DNA of 64,000 nt from Octopus vulgaris (taxonomy: Eukaryota), in the NCBI GenBank assembly GCA_951406725.2, contig OX597828.1:34534001-34598000 (forward strand), written 5' to 3'. The notes under the pieces were generated by a model. The model searched no databases, was not told the DNA's origin, and saw nothing but the letters and a program-made list of their open reading frames with translations. A program made the position numbers and the translations under genes. Shown in pieces: positions 13,410 through 26,585 of the stretch (its first letter is position 1; the number at the start of each line of letters is the position of its first letter).

Positions 13410-13790
13410 GTCATTGGGCTGTGGCCATGCTAGGGTACCTTCTCGAAGGGTTTAGTCTAACAAATCGACCCCAGTATCTTTGAAATGTGGTACTCACTCT
13501 AGCGTTCTCCTTTGCAGACCCGCTAAGTTACAGGGATGATAATAAACCAATGCCAGTTGTTAGGTAATAGTTGTGGTGGGTAAAACTCAAATACACACAC
13601 ACACACACACACACACATGTACATAGAACGGGCTTCCACACAGCTTCCAGCTATCAAATTCATTCACAACCATTTGTCGACGCACAGAGTTATAGCAGAA
13701 GACACTTGCCTAAGTTGCCGCGCATTGAGACTGAACTCGGAACCATGTGGTTGTAAATCGAGCTTCTTAACCACACAGCCATGTCTTTGC
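13410..13790 (-). mobile_element. SINE family B, old diverged copy
   Basis: Reverse complement of both halves with an internal (CA)n. Confidence 0.75.
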
Positions 13791-14779
13791 CTATGATACT
13801 AAAATATATTTTCTTTCACAGGGATCAATTAACTTTTTTCAGTATGGTTTATGCTGTCATTTATTGGCTCGGTTTGGTCTGATTTCGTTTAGTGATTTTT
13901 CACTCATTTAAATTTTTTATCATCTCATCTATCTTCTTTAGTGATATATCGATCTTTTAGTTTTGTTTCCATCGCCCTTGTCATTGAACCATAAAATAAG
14001 AAGCAGCCGATTTAGACAACACTTTGTTTTTTTTTTGTTTTTTTTGTATTATTTTGTAAAGTGATATATATGCATCCTAAACGAATGAACGATCACAAAG
14101 CCGTTGAAGAGATAATTGTATTCACTTAAAAATATGTATATTCTGTGGTTTTCTATTGTTTTTAATCTAGGTTATCTGTTGCGCTAGTTAATGTTATCTT
14201 CTATATTTCAACTTTCAAAACTCCATCAAACAAAATTTTAATGTATCTAATCTATTGTACGTCTGAAAATCATAAAGGAAATTTATTCTATTTTATTTTA
14301 ACCGATACTAATTCCAGTGATAACATTAATATCAGTCGTGATATACCGTGGTTTTCATGGCCAGAGAAACCAATGGAATGATTTTTTTTTTTATCGTGGA
14401 AAATATGAGCACTGGAGCTAAAGAAATACTTGATTCAAAGCTAATAGCGACAAGCTATTATCTCTTCTCGGAAAAATTATTACAGTTACGTGGGCTGACA
14501 TAGATCTGTGTGCTTTTGTCATTGGTTTAATGAGACGGAGAAGAACAGCCACAGTGAACTTCCTTTTGCTGGAGATCCGAGACTGATGGTGAGAGGAAAA
14601 AAAATACATAAGTGTTATATTAAGATCCGGAATCTGGTCAGAAAGCTTATAACAGACGGCTGGAAAGCTATCGATGATAGGTTTTTCTCATGAGTGACTT
14701 GAGGATAAACAGCAACAGCACCACCGCCACCACCACCACCATGCAAAGGAATCTTTTATCAGGTCACAGAGCATATTTA

Positions 14780-15400
14780 ACATGCTAGAAATAGCAACCA
14801 GGCGTCCTTCAGATCACATACTACCGTATTCGCAAAAATGTAATATTGAATATGGGACGACTTGGAGATAAAAACAATCGCGAACACCACGAGTACAATC
14901 ACCAATACAGAGATTTGAAGAAACGGACAACCTGCGGCCCCAGGGACTTTCACAAAAAATATCTCGAATATATTAGTAGTGCGGCCCGCCAGATGAATTA
15001 TATCTCATGCGGCCCACTTCTCGAAAAGGATAACCCATGCCTGATTTCAGCATTCTCGAAATAGTAGCCATGTGTCCCTCAAATCACAACCAACTGTATT
15101 GTAAAAAGGTCCGTGGGGGATATATACGACGACTAAGACCGCCACCATTGCCAATACCACCACCTCTACCACCACCTCCATGTTCATTTACAGAGATCTT
15201 CTACCGGGTCACCCAAAATGTTCGAAATAGTAGCTATTTCTTCCTCGAATCACAATCTGCCCTAATGAAAAAAAGATGCACATTGAATAATGTTGTCCTT
15301 TTTAAACATTCAGAAAAAAAAACACATGGATTAGTCACAGGTGGAATGTCTTAAGATCGTAGATAATCTTAATCTAAGCTGACATGGGAGTAAACAACAA
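14780..15400 (+). mobile_element. Old dispersed repeat family C (tgctagaaatagcagccaaatctccctcaaatcaca...), three partial copies; also near 610-700, 9110-9310, 11890-12470, 16385-16440, 19205, 57025
   Basis: Recurrent degenerate motif on both strands, ending in ...taaacaacaac. Confidence 0.55.
14918..15043. mobile_element. Possible hAT/Charlie-like MITE remnant
   Basis: ggacaacctgcggccc start, three tgcggccc subterminal motifs, end acccatgcctg; no clear TSD. Confidence 0.4.
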
Positions 15401-15439
15401 CGGCATGAATAACACCATCACTTGGATTATCCCTATTAA

Positions 15440-15636
15440 AGCATTCGTAAAGGCATGAGATTTGGAGGATGAAGACAGTTAATTACATCGACCCCAGTGT
15501 ACAACTGGTACTTATTTTATCGACCCCGAAAGGATAAAAGGTAAAGTCGACCTCGGCAGAATTTGAACTCAGACGGGCGAAACACCGCTAAGCATTTCTT
15601 CCAGCGTACTAACAATTCTGCGAGCTCACCGCCTTC
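15440..15636 (-). mobile_element. SINE family A
   Basis: Matches the family consensus. Confidence 0.8.
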
Positions 15637-15739
15637 CCGGAAAGGCATTAATGCCACAAAACTACTGCTATAATTCTGAAAAGAAAAAATAAGTTTTTTA
15701 AAATCATGTTTTGGAGCCAAGTGAAAAGAAACGACTGTA

Positions 15740-15901
15740 GGCACAGGCAACGCTGTGTGGTTAAAAAGCTCACTTAGAAACAAAGTGATTTCAGGTTCAA
15801 TCCCATTACGCAGCATCTTGGGCAAGTGTCGTCTGCTATAGTACTTCGCGGACCAATATCTTGTGAGTGAATATGGTAAACGGAAATTTATAGAAGCCCG
15901 T

Positions 15902-15905
<4 letters not shown>
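15740..15905 (+). mobile_element. SINE family B, 5' half
   Basis: ggcacagg...ctgtgtggttaa...ggttcaatccc...cttgggcaagtg...agaagcccgtcg. Confidence 0.75.
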
Positions 15906-15948
<43 letters not shown>

Positions 15949-15964
15949 ACCCAGGCCTATTCCC

Positions 15965-16095
15965 CTTCGAGCAACATAAAATTCACTCATCCGTCCAAAA
16001 ATACTCTCCAAGCTTTCCCATCATTTATAAATTCTCTTGCTTCTCTCAATCCAACACCTCTATCCATCAAAACTTTCCTCATTCCATCCATCCAC
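15965..16095 (-). pseudogene. RTE-type LINE C-terminal fragment
   Basis: WMDGMRKVLMDRGVGLREAREFINDGKAWRVFLDG* resembles the W.D...A.....DR..WR terminus of RTE ORFs. Confidence 0.55.
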
Positions 16096-16119
16096 ACACA
16101 CACACATGCACACATATGC

Positions 16120-16189
<70 letters not shown>

Positions 16190-16192
16190 GTA

Positions 16193-16340
16193 GGTAGAAT
16201 TCACAAAAGAGCAAAAGACGAAGACAGGTGATGTAGGCAACAGATGTATTAGTATAACGCTCGCGAAGTGAAAAAGTCATTGACATTTCGAGCCTACGCT
16301 CTTCCACAAAAAGGAAGCAAACAAGGAGAGAAAATAAAGA
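16193..16340 (-). mobile_element. Solo Penelope-like 3' terminal (pLTR) fragment
   Basis: Homologous to 62335-62500 (caaaagacgaagRcaggtg...tgtattagtat...tttcgagcctacgct). Confidence 0.7.
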
Positions 16341-16451
16341 ATGTCTCTTTGTCTTTTCTCCATATTGCTATATGAAAACTTAAGGTGGTTTTAGAGTCGG
16401 TTCATGGCTGCTATTTTCAGCATGGTGGTATCTCGTAGATACCCTAATTTA

Positions 16452-16522
<71 letters not shown>

Positions 16523-16525
<3 letters not shown>

Positions 16526-16800
16526 CAATAATAAATCTCTGAGCGAGATGTAAACAATAAATAATCACATTATACCGAACGCGAGGGAATGCAACTCACG
16601 AAGCGAGCATTTTTGCTCGGTTCGTGAGTTGCATTCCCTCGCGTCCGGTACAATGTGTTTATTTATTATGGTAGTTTTTACTTTAAGAGTTCCTCCTAGC
16701 GTGAAGCGTTTATGTATAGTAATGCCTTTAATATAAATAAATATATTTAAGAGGAACTACTTGATAAATACTTATAATGATTTTATCCTAGTTTTCAATT
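16523..16800. repeat. Fold-back insert in (TA)n with 54-bp arms
   Basis: 16556-16609 pairs with 16614-16667 (4 mismatches, 4-nt loop); unpaired tail to 16800. Confidence 0.9.
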
Positions 16801-16865
16801 ATATATATATATATACACACATACGTACATACATATATGCATAAGTACATACATACATACATACA

Positions 16866-16899
<34 letters not shown>

Positions 16900-18624
16900 C
16901 ATACGTACGTACGTATGTGTGTGTTCGTGTGTGTGTGTGTGTTAGTGTGTGTGCCACAGTGGAATAAGGATTTTAAATCCAGGCAGATACATTATAAGCA
17001 TTCTATTAAAATCCAGACTTGGCTAATCACATCGAATGTTAGGAAACGTTTCGAATCGTTTAGAATAAACAATTATAGTTGTACACCTTTTGATTGGTAA
17101 ATCCAAAGTTCGTTTCTATGGATTTCACGTAGAATTCAAAGTGCTTTATAGAGACATTATGAAGAATACAGAGTTGCACATTTTAAAGACTTATTTAATT
17201 GAAATTTCTTCCTGTATATTAAATTCCGACACATGTTTCTGTTGTATGTCTCTTAGGGTCCCTACACTCACAACACACACACATACACACACATACACAC
17301 ACACACACACACACATATATACACACACACATACACACACATGTGAATTCTACAGACACACACACACAAACACGTGAATTCTACACACGCACACATACAT
17401 ATGTGTGTGTGACTCCCACTCAGTTGCTTTACAAATGTGTTGGTTTGTTTACATCCCTTAATCTAGCAGTTCACAAAAAGACGCCGACAGAATAAATGTC
17501 AGTCTTAAAAAAACAGTAAGAAAAGAAAACAGAACTGATGTACTGGTATCGATTTGTTTGACCAAAGCCATTGAAGGCGGTGCCCCAGCTTGGCCGCGGT
17601 CTTATGACTGAAACAAGTAAAAAATTTTAAAAAAACGGTAAACGATAATGAAACTATCTGCTGTCAGTCCATCACTTAAAAAGATAAAAATAAAACTGTT
17701 TTACTGTATTAAGAGTCGAAACAAGATGGCCGTCATCAACATCAAACCAAGAACAGCTTGATGTTTTTGCTTTCGTCAGTACGTTTCTCAAAGTCTGTTA
17801 TTAATTCCAGTGCCTTTCCTTTCTCCATTCTTCGATTGGTTCATATCTTTCACAAGGATAATAATATAATATAAAGTTTATCGTTCGGATAGTTATAGCA
17901 AAGAGTTATGGCCGCCAGTTATATAAGACATCAATCAATACCGTTCATTTATTGAAAGAGAATCGATTCATTGTAAGAAATTCTAGAAAAGGCACCGCCT
18001 GTTTGTCTGTAAGTGTGTATATGTGTATGAGTGTGTGTGTGTATAAATCTATGAATGTGTGTATATATATATATATACGTGTGGGTTTATGGGTGTCAAT
18101 GTATGAGTCAGCGTTCCAGTGTATGTGTATGTATGTGAGTGCGCATGCGTGTGTGTGTATCGTTGTCCGTGGTGTCTAACAACGATCAGACGGCAGAAAG
18201 TCATATATTATTCTTTGGATTCTATAGAAACACATTTATTGCTAGAATAATAAATATATGCATTCGCACACATAAATATACACACAAGCATATATACACA
18301 AATATGTTCATGTTCATATACATATACATACATAAATGCATACATACTCACACACGCACATACATACGCATATGGATACACTTATGTATGTGTTCATTCA
18401 AACACAGAATTCAATTTGTTTAAGCAAAACCAAATTGGTTGACCGAGTTATATAATTGAAACATAACTTTAGTATTGAGTACTAATGAGTTACCTTTACA
18501 CACGCACACACACATGTGTGCGTGCGAGTGTGCGTGCGTGTGTGTGTGTATGTGTGTGTGAATTCATGTGTCTCTACGGCAAAAGTAGTTTGGGTGTTTT
18601 GAAATTGAATTGGAATTCAACATT

Positions 18625-18802
18625 AGGCGCAGGAGTGGCTGTGTGGAAAGTAGTTACCTTACCAACCACATGGTTCCGGGTTCAGTCCTACTGCGTGACA
18701 ACTTGGGCAAGTGCCTTCAACTACAGCCTCGGGTCGACCAAAGCCTTGTGACTGGATTTGGTAGACGGAAATTGAAAGAAGCACGTCGTATATATGTGTA
18801 TG

Positions 18803-18874
<72 letters not shown>

Positions 18875-19100
18875 TATGTGTGCGTGTGTGTGTGTATGTT
18901 TGTGCGTCTGTGTTTGTCTCTCCCACCATCGCTCGACAACCGATGCTGGTGTGTTTACGTCCCCTTAACTTAGCGGTTCGGCAAAAGGAGACCGATAGAA
19001 TAAGTACTAGGCTTACAAAGAATAAGTTCTGGGGTCGAGTTGCTCGACTAAAGGCGGTGCCGCAGTCAAATGACTGAAACAAGTAAAAGAGTAAAGAGAG
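18625..19100 (+). mobile_element. SINE family B, full length
   Basis: Complete head, internal (TG)n and 3' end. Confidence 0.9.
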
Positions 19101-19267
19101 TAAGAAACGTAAAATATTAGGTGTCATTGAATGTATAATTTTGTTATTTTTTATCCACTCCTTGACAGACATGAGGCGAAGTGGGGAAGACTAACCTGGT
19201 CACCAATTTGCCAGAAATAACGACCAAATCCCTCAAATCACACACCTACCGCATTGTACAAGATATT

Positions 19268-19867
19268 CTTTTCTACTCTAGGCGCAAGGCCTGAAATTTT
19301 TGGTGAGGGGGGCAGTCGATCAGATCGACCCAAGTACGAAACTGGTACTGAATTTAACGACTCCAAAAGAATGAAAGGCATAATCGACCTCGACGGAATT
19401 TGAACTCAGAACGTAACGGCAGACGAAATACCGGCATGCTAACGTTTCTTATTTCTTTACTGCCCACAAGGGGCTACACACAGATGAGACAAACAAAGAC
19501 AGACAAACGGATTAAGTCGATTATATCGACACCAGTGCGTAACTGGTACTTAATTTATCGACCCCGAAAGGATAAAAGGCCAAATCGACCTCGGCGGAAT
19601 TTGAACGAGAACGTACCGGCATGCTAACGTTTCTTATTTCTTTACTGCCCACAAGGTGCTACACACAGACGGGACAAACAAGGACAGACAAACGGATTAA
19701 GTCGGTTATATCGACATCAGTGCGTAACTGGTACTTAATTTATCGACCCCTAAAGGATGAAAGGCAAAGTCGACCTCGGCGGAATTTGAACTCAGAACGT
19801 AACGGCAGACGAAATACCTCTAAGCATTTCGCCTGGCGTGCTAACGTTTCTGCCAGCTCGCCACCTT
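19268..19867 (-). mobile_element. SINE A trimer with a shared target-site duplication
   Basis: Three tandem units; cgcattgtacaagatatt (19250-19267) vs cgcattgcgcaagatatt (19868-19885). Confidence 0.85.
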
Positions 19868-20611
19868 CGCATTGCGCAAGATATTTACGCATTGCACAAT
19901 GAAGACCTAAATCTAAAAACAAAGGGAAGGGATGGGCACAGCTGGAACGCCTCTGGATTTAGGTTTCCTCCATCAAAGACAACAACAAGAACTACTCTGG
20001 GATATTATAGCATAATTTTGTATGAGCACTCGCGTACATACATACTTACATACATACATCCATCCATCCATTCTTACATACATACATACATACATATATA
20101 CATACATACATACATACATACATACGTACATACATATATAGACACATACATTTACAAACAAACATACAGACACATACAAACACATATAAAATCACATACA
20201 ACACAGATATACAAGCACACAAACATAGACACACGCATTCACACGTACATAAACCCAGACATAGACACGCACACATTCACATAGGCACAAATATTCGTTT
20301 TGTATATTTTAAAATTAATCATGATTTCAGAAAATCGTCAGGAAATCAAAGACAAAACAGATAAAAAAGAAAAAATTCGGCCGTGTTTTGTTTTCCCTTT
20401 CAGTTCTTACATAATTTTATGTCTAAATTTACATTTAATGAATATTAAATGTAATTCTGTGAACAATCACAATTTTATTGAATAATGAGCCTTCTGGATA
20501 CGTGTGTGTATGTGTGTGTGTGTGTCTATATATATGTGTGTGGTAGTGTATAGAAGGGGTTATAATCGAAGCTGTGTCCTCGTGTTCTCTACATGTACAC
20601 AACTATTATGA

Positions 20612-20677
<66 letters not shown>

Positions 20678-20679
20678 CA

Positions 20680-21240
20680 TTTATTGCCTTTGCACAGCTT
20701 CTAACGCTAGAAATATAAACTACGGTGTCAGCTGTTCACTACCAGTGAACTAAGCTAACACCTCTTATTTTTCGAGCACCTTCCGGAGTATTCGTGCAGT
20801 TCCAAGCAGTGCTGCTTTCTGCAAGTGCTCCACCCTTATTGCAGCCCCTATTTGTTCCACGTACTTCTCGAGATTTTTGCTCACTGTTCCCAGGGCTCCG
20901 ACAATTATTGGTACTACTGTTACTTTTTTCATCGACCACTACCGCTTAACTTCCCAAGCTAACCTGTCATATCTCTCCACTTTTCTTCCTTATCGCATAC
21001 CTTGTTGTCAGCTGGGCATGTTATATCTATGATACAACATAGTTTGCTTTCTTTCTCAATTAAGACTATGTCTGGCTTCCTATTCTCTATCTCATGGTCA
21101 CACTGAACCATAAAATCCCATAGGATCTTTGCATTTCTATTTTCGAGATGCCTTCAGGTTTGTGGCCATACCAATTTTTTGCCCTGTCAAGTCCATACTT
21201 GTTGCAAAGTGTCCAATGGACAAGCCTGGCTATATTGTCG
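20680..21240 (-). pseudogene. Decayed R4/Dong-type retrotransposon 3' fragment (RLE domain)
   Basis: Minus strand reads ILWDFMVQCDHEIENRKPDIVLIEK...IIDITCP...VVPIIVGALGTV...VEHLQKAALLGTARILRKVLEK* with stops/frameshifts; ends in (AAT)n at ~20615-20680. Confidence 0.8.
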
Positions 21241-21457
21241 AGGATGGCGAGCTGGCAGAATCGTTAACAGGCCGGGTGAAATGTTTAGCGGCATTTCGTC
21301 TGCCACTACGTTCTGAGTTCAAATTCCGCCGGGACCGACTTTGTCTTTCATCCTTTCGGGGTCGATTAAATAAGTCACGCACTGGGTGGGTTGGGGTCAA
21401 TGTAATCGACTTAATCCCTTCCCTTAAATTTGAGGCCTTGTGCCTTCAACAGAAAGG

Positions 21458-21523
<66 letters not shown>
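21241..21523 (+). mobile_element. SINE family A with (ATT)n tail
   Basis: Family consensus followed by about 20 ATT units. Confidence 0.85.
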
Positions 21524-21524
<1 letters not shown>

Positions 21525-23732
21525 TATGTTTGACTTTTGCTTTATATTTGTACAAGTTGGCTCCAAGTCTCACCCAGAGACCTCAAGAGACAACAGGGTT
21601 GGAAGTTCATGTTGTTGTTATGCCTAGTGTGCCATATATTTGGGGGGTGGGGATGTTGTACTAATGAATGTCTAAAAAAAAAAAGGTTTTTTTTTTTTTT
21701 TTTTTTTTTAAACCGAAAATTATGTTTGTTTTAAACCTTGAGATTACATAGAGAGTATTTTGCGTAGGATATGAGCAGTTCCCATGAGCACTATCTTTTG
21801 AACTTCTGCCATTTTTGGGTTTCCTGGTATCTGAGTTAGGTAGCTATCAGCCCCTTTTGCTATCATTATGACAACAGGTATTGTTTTAGTCTTCAGCTTC
21901 CACATTTTGCTGATTTCTATTTCAAGATCTTTATATTTGCTCAGTTTTTGGTAGGTCTTGACAGATACGTTTATATCGATTGGGACAGTCATATCAATGA
22001 GGAGGCATGTTCTTTGTTTGAAGTTTTTCAATATGATGTCTGGCCTATTTGCATCTATCTTCCTGTCAGTTTGAATGGTGAAGTTCCAGAGGAGTGAGAT
22101 GTGGTCATTTTCAAGCACTGGGGGTGGTTTGTGTTCCCACCAGTTTTTTTCATGGGGCAAATCCAGGTTTTTACAGATTACCCAGTGAATATATTGTGCA
22201 GCTCTATCGTGCCTGTTGAGATACTCTGTAGGCGCTAGAAGACTGCACTTGGAGACCACATGGTCAATGGTTTCATTTTGTTGCTTGCATACACGACACG
22301 TTGGACTGCTTCTGATCTTTAATATGTTGGCCTGGTAGTTTCTTGTTGGTAGGCATTGATCTTGAGCTGCTATGATAAACCCCTCTGTTTCAGATTTTAA
22401 GCCAGAGGCCATTAGCCATTGATGGGTCAGGGCTTTGTCGATATCTGCATTATTCGCTCTCTTTGGGTATTTGCCATAGAGAGGTTTTTCTTGCCATTTA
22501 TTATTCAGAATATCTAAGGCCGCAGTTTTGGCACGGGTTTTCATGCGCCTAGCTTTTTCTGTGCTTGTTTCTTGTATATCTATCTCTAATTCCGAAATTG
22601 GTTGTATTCGGAGTTCACTTAGATATTCCTTTGCCTGTTTTGTGACTGAGTATGATGCTTTCTTGTTTTCATGTTTTGAGACAAGTTTTAGCATCCAGTC
22701 CTCAGAGTTTTTCAGGTAGGTGTCTAGGCCAATTGTAGCAATCTTCATTGTTATTGCCAGTTGCAAAAGACCACGGCCTCCCTCTTTTCTTGGCAGATAT
22801 AGTCGTTCTGTATCTGCCTTAGGGTGGTGCATTCTATGCATTGTCAACAGTTTCCTTATTTTTCTGTCGAGCTGACATATTTCAGTAATTGACCAGTTAA
22901 CAATATTGAAACTGTAAGTCACGACTGGTATAGCTAATGCATTGATTGCTTCGATCCTGTTTCTTGCATTCAGCTCTGTCTTGAGTATTGCTCTCACTCT
23001 TCGATAGCATTCTCTCCTGATCCTTTCCTTCATCTCTGAATGCCTTATTCCGTTCCCTTCAATTATCCCTAGGTACTTGTAGCTCTCCGCTGGGTCTAGT
23101 TCTTTTATGACATTCTGTTGGTCAAGGTTAACGTTAGATGTTTCTGTCATTTTTCCTTTGATAAAGGTAGCCTTTGCACATTTATCGAGGCCGAATTGCA
23201 TTCTGATGTCGTCACTGAATTGTTTGACTATCGCTAGTAAGCCCTTGAGTTGTTGATCATTTTTTGCAAAAAGCTTTAAATCATCCATGTAAACGAGATG
23301 ATTTATATTTTTATCAAACATTTTATACCCGTACTGCGCGTCATTGAGCAGCTTTGAGAGAGGTATTAAGGATAAACAAAAGAGGAGTGGTGACAGTGAG
23401 TCACCCTGGAAAATGCCACACGAAATTTTTACATCACCAGCATTTAGGGATTCACTGTCACTGTTCAGAGTTAGTGTGGTTCTCCATGATCTCATACTTA
23501 CAGTCAAGAAGTTTCGCAGAGTTGGTGCTATCTTATACATTTCAAGGCATTTCCTAATCCAGCTATGTGGTAGGCTATCAAAAGCCTTTTTATAGTCTAT
23601 CCAGGCTATTGATAAGTTTTTGTGTCGTTTGTGACAATCTTCTAAGATCATCTTATTGATGAGTAGTTGGTCTTTACAGCCGTAGGATCCACGTTTACAT
23701 CCTTTCTGTTCATTAGGGAATATGCTGCTGTC

Positions 23733-23734
<2 letters not shown>
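21524..23734 (-). mobile_element. R4/Dong-clade non-LTR retrotransposon, 5'-truncated, inserted in (TAA)n
   Basis: RT plus restriction-like endonuclease ORF; (TTA)n abuts both junctions (to 21523 and from 23735). Confidence 0.9.
21744..23734 (-). CDS. Reverse transcriptase + CCHC knuckle + PD-(D/E)xK restriction-like endonuclease (partial; first ~37 aa of the predicted ORF are flank and microsatellite)
   Basis: [83 protein letters not shown]. Confidence 0.9.
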
Positions 23735-23775
<41 letters not shown>

Positions 23776-23900
23776 GTTATTATTACTGATATATCATTTA
23801 TGTTCGTAGTGTATTTCCCTATACAGTAATGAAACACGTGTAACATGAAATTAAAAACGTACCGAATTTTTCAACCTTTCTTTCAACGCACACACACATA

Positions 23901-23960
<60 letters not shown>

Positions 23961-24426
23961 TTTATGTATGTGGGTTTATACTTATATTTGTGGGTTAACA
24001 AGGCTACCGTTGGTTTCATGTCGGTAACTTTCAGCAATTATCAAGCCTACCACATGAGACGTTGGTGTTCGTTTGAATCTGGGATGAGAATGCAAGGAAG
24101 CTACACGAGACTGTGTGATTTTGGAATAAACAAACAAATAGGGAGAACAAGGGGAACAATTCCTATTTGTTATTTCAGTTCATGTGTATGCACGTATTCT
24201 GCATTGATGCACATCTGTTTGCGCATGCGCATTCATAACTTTCAACATAGCCAGAACTACTCGTTGCTCTTATTATCTACACTCACACACACACACACAC
24301 ACATACACACATGCACACACAAACACACATACACACACACGCACACACGCACACGAGTGAGTGAACAAATGAAAGTGGCACTCAACACATTAAGTTGCAT
24401 GGAGCCGAATGAAACTGTTATTGACT

Positions 24427-24427
24427 G

Positions 24428-24460
<33 letters not shown>

Positions 24461-24517
24461 ATACAACAACAACTACTACTACTACTACTACTACTACTGC
24501 TGCTACTGCTGCTGCTG

Positions 24518-24571
<54 letters not shown>

Positions 24572-24577
24572 ATAGTA

Positions 24578-24628
<51 letters not shown>
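24427..24628 (+). repeat. Compound trinucleotide microsatellite (CTA/CTG/CCA then AAT)
   Basis: Direct reading. Confidence 0.95.
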
Positions 24629-24629
<1 letters not shown>

Positions 24630-24634
<5 letters not shown>

Positions 24635-24950
24635 CTTTCAACATACAAAGACCTGGTAATAGATGTAACCAGAATGTGGAATCTAAAAGCAGAAACAATT
24701 CCTATCATAATAGGATCATTAGGCATGATAAAAAAATATTCAGACAAATGCATAACAAAAACACCAGGACTTACAAACACATATAACATACAGAAAATTG
24801 CACTACTAGGCACTGCACGCATCCTACGTAGAACATTTTCCATACAATAACCATCAGAGCATCACAACAAATCACAGCACATACCCAAGGCACACAGAGC
24901 TGCGCTCGGTAGTGAAGTGAAAGCACGCTATAAAAATAAAACTACTGAAG
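24630..24950 (+). pseudogene. R4/Dong 3' fragment, second subfamily, in (AAT)n
   Basis: STYKDLVIDVTRMWNLKAETIPIIIGSLGMIKK...IQKIALLGTARILRRTFSIQ* aligns with the C-terminus of the 21744 ORF; AAT/GAT repeats on both sides. Confidence 0.85.
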
Positions 24951-24966
24951 AAAAATAATAACAATA

Positions 24967-25037
<71 letters not shown>

Positions 25038-25039
<2 letters not shown>

Positions 25040-25244
25040 CAAACTTTAGCACAAAGCCAGAGATTTCGGGGCGGAGGTAAGTCGATTACATCGAACCCAG
25101 TAATCAGCTGCTACTTATTTTATCGACCCTTAAAGGATGAAAGGTAAAGTCGATCTCGGCGGGATTTGAACTCAGAACATAAGGACGGAGAAAAGGCCGC
25201 TAAGCATTTCGCCTGGCGTACTAACGATTCTGTTAGCTCGCCGT

Positions 25245-25246
<2 letters not shown>
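25038..25246 (-). mobile_element. SINE family A with (ATC/ATT)n tail
   Basis: Reverse complement of the family consensus. Confidence 0.85.
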
Positions 25247-25312
<66 letters not shown>

Positions 25313-25313
25313 C

Positions 25314-25386
<73 letters not shown>

Positions 25387-25412
25387 TCTGATCATATTTG
25401 TGCGTGCGTGTG

Positions 25413-25491
<79 letters not shown>

Positions 25492-26585
25492 TTTATGCAT
25501 TCAAAAATGTTTCTGTATACATCTGTGTATGCATTTGCGAGTGCAAGTGTGTTTGAAGATAACAGTACTGCGACAAATTAGAATTCACCAGAGAAAGGAA
25601 GAAAGATTCCTGCTTTATTTTCCTAAGAGCCAAAGTGTATTGTGAATGTTTCTTCTCTATAGATGTCCATATTCATAAGCACAAACCGATAATTGGTATC
25701 AGCGAACAATGAACAGACAAGATGTTACAAACTTTTATGGTTCTTTGATAACATTTTCAAACTTTTCATCTATTTTGGCAGAGTCGGATAATGTAAGCGT
25801 TTGAATGTCGGACAAATAACATTATGGTGGTATGTGGCTAAGTGTCTTTTCGTTCTGAGTTCGTTTTACCACCAGGCTAACTTTACTTTACATCCTTCCA
25901 ACACTTGTATAATAAGCACCTAAAAACTTATTGCAAGGGAGAATCATTCGTTTAGAAGATAATCTCTACATCACAGCAGGGTTATAAGTTTGAATTTTAA
26001 ATACAAGGGTAACAGACGACATGCTGCTAGGGTACACCACGGGATCAAATTAAATCTTTCGAAGGCCGTGTTCTAGTACGGCCACTGTAGATTTAACTGA
26101 AAACAATAAAAAATAAAAAGGTGATAAGAGGAGAAAACCCAGTAAACAATGTCAGTTTTTCTTCTTACATCAAATTAATCAGCACACGAGGCTACTAGCC
26201 TTGAATGGGAAACTAAATTACTTTGCAGGCATGAATACATCAGAAATTCTGTTGCCGAAATTTGTATATTTGTCTGGACATATATATATATATATATATG
26301 CTGATCTGGGCAAGGATTTTGCTTTTTTGTGGAAGAGAAGTAGTTTTCATGTATGGAAATTCTCCCCTCTCCAAGCCACCAGCATAGTCCAATAGAATGG
26401 CTTTTCTTTAAAATTGATACAACTTGGCACCAATGTAGTTTCATACACTGCTGTTAGAACACAATTGTCTGAGATATAAATCTGGATAAGCCCATCTGAT
26501 TTATGAAGCTGGAACGAGACTTTCTTCCTCTAATTGGGATGAATGAAAGTATTGGTTATTACAACGAATGGAAGAACTCGTATTA

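Noticed and set aside
19400-19902. Repeated ORFs such as RNWYLIYRPRKDERQSRPRRNLNSE
   Set aside because: These are antisense translations of SINE A.
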